Origin: Kingella sp. (in: b-proteobacteria)
GTDB lineage: Bacteria; Pseudomonadota; Gammaproteobacteria; Burkholderiales; Neisseriaceae
DNA: 64,000 bases
NCBI RefSeq assembly: GCF_030527935.1
Contig: NZ_JAUMZV010000001.1
Span: 74,006 to 138,005 of the forward strand
Direction: 5' to 3'
The notes beneath the pieces were generated by a model, which ran no database searches, had not been told where the DNA came from, and worked only from the letters and a program-made list of their open reading frames with translations. Shown here in pieces: positions 48,405-55,937 of this stretch (its first letter is position 1; each line of letters starts with the position of its first letter). The position numbers and the translations under genes were made by a program.

Positions 48405-49337
48405 TTGATGACTGAAAGCATTATTGAACTGCGCCATTTGCGCACTTTGCTGGCGTTGGAAGAAACGGGCAGCGTTTCGCTGGCGGCGCAGCGGGTTTTT
48501 TTGACGCAATCGGCGTTGTCGCACCAAATTCGTGCGCTGGAAATTTATTTTGACACGCCGCTGTTTGAGCGCAAAACCACGCCGATTCGCTTTACTCCTG
48601 CGGGCGAGCGGCTGCTCAAACTGGGGCATGAGCTGTTGCCGCGCGTGGCGGCGGCGGAGCGGGATTTGATGCAGATTGTGCAGGGCGAAGCGGGCGAAAT
48701 GCGCATTGCGGTGGAATGCCACACTTGCTTTGATTGGCTGATGCCTGCGATGGGCGTGTTTCGCCCGCAATGGCCGCAGGTGGAATTGGATATTGTGTCG
48801 GGCTTTCAGGCCGACCCTGTTGCGCTGTTGCTTACCCATCGCGCGGATTTTGCGATTGTGTCCGAAGCCGCGCCGCAAGCGGGGGTGGCGTATCAGCCGT
48901 TGTTTGCTTATGAAATGGTGGGCATTTGCGCGCCCGACCATCCGCTTGCCAGCAAGCCTGTGTGGCAGGCGGAAGATTTTGCGGATGAAACGCTGATTGC
49001 TTATCCCGTGCCCGATGATATGTTGGATTTGCTGAAAAAGGTGTTGCTGCCGCGCGGCATCCATCCCAAGCGGCGCAACAGCGAGCTGACGATTACCATT
49101 GTGCAACTGGTCGCCAGTAAGCGCGGCATTGCGGCGTTGCCTTATTGGGCGGTGATGCCGTATGTGGAGAAAAATTATGTGGTGCATCGCCCGATTGGCG
49201 AGCAGCCGTTGCAAAGCGAGCTTTATGCGGCGATGCGCGAAGGGGACAGCAATCGCGCGTATATCAATGATTTTTGCACGATTATTCGGCAAGAGAGTTT
49301 TGCCAATTTGCCTGCGTTGAGCGTGTTGATGATGTGA
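48405..49337 (+). CDS. metR: LysR-family regulator MetR-like
   Basis: 310 aa. It is colinear with E. coli MetR (LRTLLALEETGSV, QSALSHQ, IAVECH, LYAAMREGD). Confidence 0.65.
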   Translation: MMTESIIELRHLRTLLALEETGSVSLAAQRVFLTQSALSHQIRALEIYFDTPLFERKTTPIRFTPAGERLLKLGHELLPRVAAAERDLMQIVQGEAGEMRIAVECHTCFDWLMPAMGVFRPQWPQVELDIVSGFQADPVALLLTHRADFAIVSEAAPQAGVAYQPLFAYEMVGICAPDHPLASKPVWQAEDFADETLIAYPVPDDMLDLLKKVLLPRGIHPKRRNSELTITIVQLVASKRGIAALPYWAVMPYVEKNYVVHRPIGEQPLQSELYAAMREGDSNRAYINDFCTIIRQESFANLPALSVLMM

Positions 49338-49351
49338 ATACAGGTTCTAAG
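49335..49351. repeat. MITE terminal fragment of 17 bp
   Basis: TGAATACAGGTTCTAAG lies immediately after the metR stop. Confidence 0.4.
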
Positions 49352-49430
49352 CCTGTTTACACGCGTTTTCAGGCTGCCTTGGCGGTGACATTAGGCAGCC
49401 TGAAAATGAATTGCGCTGTTGCAAGCCTGT

Positions 49431-49742
49431 TTACTCTTTATTCTCCGCCAACATCGCAGCATCCCATTCAGCTTGGGCGAGAAAATAATCCTGCAAACAG
49501 CCTTGCACGGCTTCCTCTTCGTAAAGCAGCGTGCAATCGCCATCCGCGCCCGCCAGCAGCGTCGTGCCATCTATTGCGCCCAATAGCGTGGAAGCGGTAT
49601 CCAGCATCACCGTCTTAATCAAGCCGATGATGGCGTTTTTTTGCGGGCCATCCAATGGCTGCACTATTTTTCGGACTGCATCATACGTTGTGCCTGTGTC
49701 GCCAATTTCTTGGTTTAACAAATGATGTTTGTAGTATTGCAT
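49431..49742 (-). CDS. hypothetical protein
   Basis: 103 aa with no recognised family. Confidence 0.35.
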   Translation of the reverse strand: MQYYKHHLLNQEIGDTGTTYDAVRKIVQPLDGPQKNAIIGLIKTVMLDTASTLLGAIDGTTLLAGADGDCTLLYEEEAVQGCLQDYFLAQAEWDAAMLAENKE

Positions 49743-49964
49743 ATTGTTGAATAAGCGCGTTGTATATTGCTTCGCTGATTGCTTTATCTTTCATGTTTGC
49801 TATTCTTTCTCTATGCCAATTCGCCTTGCGCCATTTTACCTGCCAAAGGTAGCCTGAAACGAAGTTCAGCGTAGCTAAAACCATTTCTTTTACCGCCCCC
49901 AAAAGGCAGCCTGAAAATATTTCGGTATAATTTCCACCCCTTTCCCATCCCCCCTTATCTAGCC

Positions 49965-51374
49965 GTGAAAATCCTGATTTTAGGCTGCGGACAAGTCGGC
50001 TCCGCCATCGCCGAAGAACTCGCCGCCATGCCCAGCAACGATGTAACCATCGTGGATACCGATGAACAAGCCCTGAAAAACATCGCCAGCCGCCTTGATG
50101 TGCAAACGCTGGTGGGCAATGCCGCTTCGCCCCTGCTGCTGGAACAAGCAGGCGCGCCCGACACCGATATGCTGCTTGCGCTCACCCGCAGCGATGAAAC
50201 CAACTTGGTTGCCTGCAAACTCGCCGCCACGCTGTTCAACATCCCCCAGCGCATCGCCCGCGTGCGCAATTCTGCCTACCAAGAATACGGCGAAACCGAC
50301 CAAGACCCCGACACCCTATCCGCCAGCCTGAAAGCCTTTGACATCACCGATTCCATCCACCCCGAGCATCTGCTCACCGAACACATCGCAGGCTTGTTAA
50401 GCTATGTGCGCGCCTTGCAAGTGCTGCCCTTTGCCCACGACAAAGTGCGTATGGTGGTGGCGGAAGCCAAAACCGACGACTGGCTGGTGGGCAAAAGTCT
50501 GGTGCAAATCAACGCCCAGCTGGGCGAAAACTTGGATTGCCAAATCTCCGCCATCTATCGCAACACCCGCCTGATTGTGCCGCAGCCTGAAACCGTGATA
50601 GAAGAAGGCGACGAAATCGCCTTTATGGTGGCATCCAAACACATGGCAGCGGTGATGTATGTATTATTTGAATACAACCAATCCAACCACCGCGTGATGA
50701 TTGCAGGCGGCGGCAACGTTGGCTTTCGGCTGGCGAAAAAAATGGAAGGCAAATTCAACATCAAAATCATCGAAGAAGATGCCCACCGCGCCGAATGGCT
50801 TGCCGAACAGCTAGACAACACATTGGTATTACACGGCTCCGCCACCGATGAAAACCTGCTCACGCGCGAATACATCAACGAAATTGACGTATTCTGCGCC
50901 CTAACCAACGACGACGAAAACAACATCATGGCAGGCTTGTTGGCCAAAAACCTAGGCGCAAAACGCGTGATTAGCGTCATCAACCGCGCCCGCTATGTGG
51001 ACTTGCTCACAGGCAACCAGCTAGACATCATCGTCTCGCCGCACCAAATCACCATCGGCAGCGTGCTCGCCCATGTGCGCCGTGGCGACATCGCCGCCAT
51101 CTATCCCCTGCGGCGCGGCACAGCCGAAGCCATTGAAGCTGTTGTCCACGGCGACCGCGCCACATCATCGCTGGTGGGGCGGCGCGTGGACGAAATCAAA
51201 TGGCCACCCGCCTGCCACATTGCCGCCATCGTGCGCGACGACCAAGTCATCATGGGGCGACACCACGACCAAATCCTTGCCGATGGCGACAGGCTGGTGC
51301 TGTTCGTTTCCCGCCGCCGCATCTCGCGCGAATTGGAAAAATTGATACAAGTGAAGATGGGTTTTTTTGGCTGA
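49965..51374 (+). CDS. trkA: Trk potassium uptake system NAD-binding protein TrkA
   Basis: 469 aa with two Rossmann motifs (GCGQVGSAI and GGGNVGFRL). GTG start. Confidence 0.85.
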   Translation: MKILILGCGQVGSAIAEELAAMPSNDVTIVDTDEQALKNIASRLDVQTLVGNAASPLLLEQAGAPDTDMLLALTRSDETNLVACKLAATLFNIPQRIARVRNSAYQEYGETDQDPDTLSASLKAFDITDSIHPEHLLTEHIAGLLSYVRALQVLPFAHDKVRMVVAEAKTDDWLVGKSLVQINAQLGENLDCQISAIYRNTRLIVPQPETVIEEGDEIAFMVASKHMAAVMYVLFEYNQSNHRVMIAGGGNVGFRLAKKMEGKFNIKIIEEDAHRAEWLAEQLDNTLVLHGSATDENLLTREYINEIDVFCALTNDDENNIMAGLLAKNLGAKRVISVINRARYVDLLTGNQLDIIVSPHQITIGSVLAHVRRGDIAAIYPLRRGTAEAIEAVVHGDRATSSLVGRRVDEIKWPPACHIAAIVRDDQVIMGRHHDQILADGDRLVLFVSRRRISRELEKLIQVKMGFFG

Positions 51375-51466
51375 TGATTTGTTTTCAGGCTGCCTTGGGG
51401 TGGATATAAAAGGCAGCCTGAAAACTATGTTACAATTACAAATCAACAAAATATATTGACACTAAT

Positions 51467-52102
51467 ATGAATAAATTACTTTTATTATTAACTGTAAATA
51501 TGGCATGGTTGCCAATGACTTACGCCCAACAACCTTTATCATCTCAACCACAGAAAGCGAGTAAAAACATGGAAATTTCAAATGAAGATTTAGAGTTTGA
51601 GAAAAATAAAACAACATTGCAAAAAATGATTTCGTTTCCAAACGATAAAATCAAAGCAATTAATTTATTAGCGATAGAGTTACATAGTATATACGATTTA
51701 AAATTTGATAAAAAAGTCTTCATGCACTATAAGCAAGAAAATACCAATGGGTGGAGAGCATCATTTAATGGTGCTGAGGCAGATGGATGGTTCCGCATAG
51801 AAAATGAAAAAATAAACAGTGTTTTCAATGCTATAAAAAATATACCTGCATTACCAAGAAATAACGAACATTACATTTGGCTGGGAGAAATGATTGAAAT
51901 AGAATATTTTAATCAAAAACCTGTCTACATTATTATTGAGGGACAAAATTCATCTAAACAGAAATATTTAATAGCAGAAATTGAAGGTATATCAGATAAA
52001 CCCATACGAATTACTGTTCCATTAAAAGATATTCAAAACTTATTTTATTCTATTGATAATACACATATTTTATTTTCTTATTTTGGCAAGAAAGGCTATT
52101 AA
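51467..52102 (+). CDS. hypothetical secreted protein
   Basis: 211 aa with signal peptide MNKLLLLLTVNMAWLPMTYA. Its stop overlaps the next start (TAAATG). Confidence 0.45.
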   Translation: MNKLLLLLTVNMAWLPMTYAQQPLSSQPQKASKNMEISNEDLEFEKNKTTLQKMISFPNDKIKAINLLAIELHSIYDLKFDKKVFMHYKQENTNGWRASFNGAEADGWFRIENEKINSVFNAIKNIPALPRNNEHYIWLGEMIEIEYFNQKPVYIIIEGQNSSKQKYLIAEIEGISDKPIRITVPLKDIQNLFYSIDNTHILFSYFGKKGY

Positions 52103-53317
52103 ATGGTTACGACAAAAGATTTTGAAAAGAATGGTATCGTTATGTCGGTTAATTTCCCTCATAGTACTACACCTGTAATGGCTGATAAAGAAATTTTAGG
52201 AAATTATTTAATTAATATGATTGATTTTAATCAAAATGACAACAATCAAAATGGCAACAATTTTCCCAAACTAAATCATAAGTTTGTACAAACATTTATA
52301 CCTAATGCAACAAGTGCTCATTCAGATGATATTAAAAAGCTGGATACTGCATTAGCATATTTGCAGCAAAATCCAAAAGCAGCCAAATTAATTGAACAGA
52401 CCGTAAAAAATGGAGTTAGTATTGTTATGGTAAACAAAGGGCACGGTCATTATTATCGATTAAATGATGGTGATGCCGATGGAATTATTTTTTGGAATCC
52501 CAACGAATCTTTGGAATTATTTGAGGACATTAACGGGCAAAGGGTGTCGCTAGGTAAACAATCGCCTGCTAATGTGTTACTCCATGAATTAGTCCACGCA
52601 ACCGATCCTAATCTTGTTGGATTAAAAGTGGATATTGATAAATATGGAGAAGTTTATGATAAAAACGATGTAAATTTTAAATATTTCAATGCCGCTGAAT
52701 ACAGAGCAGTTACCACAGCCAACGAACTGGTCAGCAAGTACCATAATGAGCCTATCCGTCCTGACTATGACCATCCAAACTATACCAAGGTAGCTCCTGC
52801 TGTTGCCAAAAGCCCAATTGATTTCCATACAATTGAATACAATAAAAAAGGAGAAATTGAGCGAGAAATAACGCAAACTTATGATGATAAAAAAGGGATT
52901 GTTTCAAGAAAAACAGTTGATTTTTATCCTGATGAGCCAAATAAACAGCAAACAGTTACAGAAACTTTGACGGATATTCATGGCAAACCTATTTCGCAGG
53001 ATAAACAAAAGGCTCAATCGCTTATTTCACCCAAAGAAATTGATTGGAACAAAATTTCTAATAAGGATTTATACGCAGCAATATTATCAGGCGATACGCA
53101 ATCACGTGCTGCTCTTTCGGCTAGCTTTGCGCAATCGGATGCGGGAATGGCATTAAAAGCACGCGGTGCGGAGCTTTATGCGGAACAACAGGAGGAGCAA
53201 CGCCAGCAAGCATTTCAACGTGAATTGGAACAAATGCGAGAACAAGCAGAACAACGTCGCCAACAAGAAGCGGAGCAGCAACAATCTCAATCACTATCTC
53301 GTGGCATAAGACGTTAA
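52103..53317 (+). CDS. putative zinc metallopeptidase (HExxH), effector or toxin-like
   Basis: 404 aa with no signal peptide. VLLHELVHATD is a HExxH motif. The C-terminal ~70 aa are a Q/E/R-rich coiled coil. Confidence 0.45.
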   Translation: MVTTKDFEKNGIVMSVNFPHSTTPVMADKEILGNYLINMIDFNQNDNNQNGNNFPKLNHKFVQTFIPNATSAHSDDIKKLDTALAYLQQNPKAAKLIEQTVKNGVSIVMVNKGHGHYYRLNDGDADGIIFWNPNESLELFEDINGQRVSLGKQSPANVLLHELVHATDPNLVGLKVDIDKYGEVYDKNDVNFKYFNAAEYRAVTTANELVSKYHNEPIRPDYDHPNYTKVAPAVAKSPIDFHTIEYNKKGEIEREITQTYDDKKGIVSRKTVDFYPDEPNKQQTVTETLTDIHGKPISQDKQKAQSLISPKEIDWNKISNKDLYAAILSGDTQSRAALSASFAQSDAGMALKARGAELYAEQQEEQRQQAFQRELEQMREQAEQRRQQEAEQQQSQSLSRGIRR

Positions 53318-53332
53318 GCATGATTGATGAGC

Positions 53333-53361
53333 AGCAGACTGAAAAAGTCTGCTTTTGTTTT
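53333..53361 (+). terminator. classical rho-independent terminator after the HExxH gene
   Basis: AGCAGACTGAAAAAGTCTGCT followed by TTTGTTTT. No DUS is involved. Confidence 0.6.
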
Positions 53362-53395
53362 ATATAACCCCATTTTTTAATTGTAAGGAAAATAA

Positions 53396-53917
53396 ATGGA
53401 ATATGCTGATTATGATGAAACAGATGCGCTTAATGATTTGAATGATGAATTGCGTGTAGCTATTCAAACTTTGATGGTTTTAAGTGCGGAGATGACTGAA
53501 CGCGAGCAAAGAATATCTCAAATGTTGATTCAAAATTCTAACGAAATTCGCCATAAGTTAAACCAAGAATCAACTCAATTTAGCAAGCATTTAATGGAAG
53601 AAACACAAAGAGTTTTACCACCGCTGGTTCAGAAATACGACAGTATTGTATCGCCCGTTTTTGATAAGGTAAAACAAACGCATAGAACAGTAAAATTTTG
53701 GATATTGGGGATTATTGGGGTGTTTATTGCATTGGGGATAATGTCTTGGTTTTTGATACGGCAATATAAAAATGAATTTATACGCTATCAAAATGCTGTG
53801 GAGATTGTGCGGGCGTTTAATAGTTCGGATGCGGTGGTTTGTGATGGGCGGATTTGTATTAAGGCAGAATCGGGCACGGGGTATAAGCCTTATTTGAGAG
53901 CGAAAGCGCGGGAGTGA
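53396..53917 (+). CDS. hypothetical membrane-anchored protein
   Basis: 173 aa with one transmembrane segment (FWILGIIGVFIALGIMSWFLI). Confidence 0.4.
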   Translation: MEYADYDETDALNDLNDELRVAIQTLMVLSAEMTEREQRISQMLIQNSNEIRHKLNQESTQFSKHLMEETQRVLPPLVQKYDSIVSPVFDKVKQTHRTVKFWILGIIGVFIALGIMSWFLIRQYKNEFIRYQNAVEIVRAFNSSDAVVCDGRICIKAESGTGYKPYLRAKARE

Positions 53918-53925
53918 GTATATAC

Positions 53926-54708
53926 ATGCCCACCATCCAATCCCTACACAACCCCCAGCTCAAACACCTTGCCAAAATCCTAACCGCGTCCAAACACCGC
54001 CGCACACATCAGCAAGCTGCGTTGGAAGGCACGCATCTGCTCGCCGCCTATTTAGACGCAGGCAACACCCCGCAGCAGGTTTACATCCCCGAACCCAAGT
54101 TTAGGCAGCCTGAAACCGCCGCGCTCATCGCAAGGCTGCCTGAAAACCGCATCACACCCGTTGCGCCCAATCTACTGCAAAAAATCAGCAGCTTAGACCA
54201 CGCTGACGACATCATCAGCCTGATTACCCTGCCCCAACCCGCCCCGCCCAGCAGCGGCGACTGCATTGTGTTAGACGCGGTGCAGGACGCGGGCAATGTG
54301 GGCACGGTGCTGCGCAGCGCGGCGGCGGCAGGCATCCGCAATGTAGTGCTGGGCTTGGGCTGCGCCGATGCTTATTCGCCCAAAGTGCTGCGCGCGGGCA
54401 TGGGCGCGCATTTTGCGCTTGCGCTGCACGAGCGCGTGAACCTGCGTGACTGGCTGGCAAACTACCCCCAGCGCACGCTCGCCACCGCGCTCACCGAACA
54501 CAACAATTTTTCCTTATACGACCTAAACTTGCGCCAGCCATCGGCATGGATTTTTGGCAACGAAGGCAGCGGCGTATCGCCCGACATCCTTGCCGCCGCC
54601 GATGCCACAGTAAAAATCCCGATGCAAGGCGCGGTGGAATCGCTCAACATCGCCCAAGCCGCCACCATTTGCCTGTTTGAACAAATGCGGCAACGTTTGG
54701 CAGCCTGA
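53926..54708 (+). CDS. TrmH/SpoU-family RNA 2'-O-methyltransferase
   Basis: It has SPOUT motifs (VLDAVQDAGNVGTVLRSAAAAG and FGNEGSGVS) and KIPMQGAVESLN. I take the start at MPTIQ. Confidence 0.75.
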   Translation: MPTIQSLHNPQLKHLAKILTASKHRRTHQQAALEGTHLLAAYLDAGNTPQQVYIPEPKFRQPETAALIARLPENRITPVAPNLLQKISSLDHADDIISLITLPQPAPPSSGDCIVLDAVQDAGNVGTVLRSAAAAGIRNVVLGLGCADAYSPKVLRAGMGAHFALALHERVNLRDWLANYPQRTLATALTEHNNFSLYDLNLRQPSAWIFGNEGSGVSPDILAAADATVKIPMQGAVESLNIAQAATICLFEQMRQRLAA

Positions 54709-54830
54709 ACCGGAGTAGGCAGCCTGAAAACGTAAACCCTGCCAAAAAGTTGCCCCTGCCCGCAATACTCTCTACAATGCCCGTGTGCCGCCCCGCGCGG
54801 ACTATTTTTATAACGAACGAAAGGAATCTT

Positions 54831-55211
54831 ATGAAACAAAAACTTATCCTAGCCACTCTTGCTGCTGCTTTGCTTGCCGCCCCCGCGCTTGCTGCGCCCA
54901 CCGCGCAACAGCAACAACAACTTAACGAAGACTGCGCCATTGTTGCCAACATTGCTTTGGATTCCATGGGGCAATTTCAAACAGGTAAAAACCAAGCTAC
55001 CGCGCTGAAAACGCTGCAACAAAAATACGTTAAACCCGCCAAGCCCGAAGCGCAACAAATGGTGGGGCGCGTGGTGGAAAGCATCAACAATATGCTGTAC
55101 AAACAGCCCAAAGGCGCAATTGAAATCGGCCAAACCGATGCCGAACGCCAAGACCATATGCAAGCATGGGCAGCAGCGGTTTACACCACTTGCATCAACA
55201 ACGGCAAATAA
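54831..55211 (+). CDS. hypothetical secreted protein
   Basis: 126 aa with signal peptide MKQKLILATLAAALLAAPALA. AAGGAA ribosome-binding site. Confidence 0.45.
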   Translation: MKQKLILATLAAALLAAPALAAPTAQQQQQLNEDCAIVANIALDSMGQFQTGKNQATALKTLQQKYVKPAKPEAQQMVGRVVESINNMLYKQPKGAIEIGQTDAERQDHMQAWAAAVYTTCINNGK

Positions 55212-55382
55212 CGCGATAATTTGTGTAACAAAACGCCCGTCAGCTGGATTGACGGGCGTTTTTTGGTTTTCAGGCTGCCTATTTGTGTTCAACCAACAAG
55301 GCAGCCTGAAAAACAAGCCCATGCAATTGCGCATGGGCTTTATTGATGGCTCAAAATGGATATGAGCTAGCGGCGATTAACG

Positions 55383-55792
55383 TTAGTAATTGGGGCGGGC
55401 AACCAGCGTAATATCGCCATTTTTTGCCCACTCGCCCATTTTGTGAACCGTTACGCCTGCACCAGAAGCAACGACGTAAGAATCAATTACCAAATCGTTG
55501 CCCTGCGCGTCTTTGCCGTAATACATGGCAACGTGATACACGTTGGCAAAATATTTGCCGCTGGTGCCTTCGCCTTCGGGGTCTTGTTTGGAATAGGCGA
55601 GCAAATCGCCGCGTTTAAATTCGTTGGTTTCGTTGAGCCACACATCGCCGTTGGCAAAACATCGCCGTTGGCAAAGAACCAGCGCACTAAGCCATAGGCT
55701 TGGTGTGGCGGATAGCTATACGCGGTGGTATCTATGCGCTCATTTTTGTCACTTGCGTAGGTGAAGTGGTGATAGTCGTAGCCTTGCAGCAC
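55383..55792 (-). pseudogene. hypothetical protein (possible NlpC/P60- or CHAP-like C-terminus) frameshifted by a 17-bp tandem duplication
   Basis: ORFs 55487..55897 and 55383..55643 are in different frames. Deleting one copy of ACATCGCCGTTGGCAAA (55642-55658 or 55659-55675) joins them into one ~130-aa ORF reading ...FFANGDVWLNETNEF.... The GTG start at 55792 is my guess. Confidence 0.5.
55642..55675. repeat. 17-bp perfect tandem duplication (ACATCGCCGTTGGCAAA x2)
   Basis: Read directly from the sequence. Removing one unit restores the reading frame of the gene at 55383-55792. Confidence 0.9.
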
Positions 55793-55801
55793 TAAATTAA
55801 G

Positions 55802-55895
55802 GGGTAGTGTCCTAAAAAGTATGCTGCACTGCTGTTCCTTCCCCCGCTGGCGGGGGAAGGAACAGCAGTGCAGCATACTTTTTAGGACACTACCC
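55802..55895. repeat. perfect 94-bp palindrome (family-D element) between mfd and the frameshifted gene
   Basis: GGGTAGTGTCCTAAAAAGTATGCTGCACTGCTGTTCCTTCCCCCGC-TG-GCGGGGGAAGGAACAGCAGTGCAGCATACTTTTTAGGACACTACCC. Confidence 0.8.
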
Positions 55896-55937
55896 ATGGT
55901 TGAATAATCGGAAGGTTGGACCTGATCGTCTGGGTTT

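Larger units (their letters stand above)
51420..53920 (+). other. AT-rich, DUS-free three-gene island inserted between trkA and a TrmH-family gene
   Basis: Base composition drops abruptly at 51420-51440. There is no DUS for about 2.5 kb, against a background of one every few hundred bp. A classical hairpin terminator sits at 53333-53361. Confidence 0.6.
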
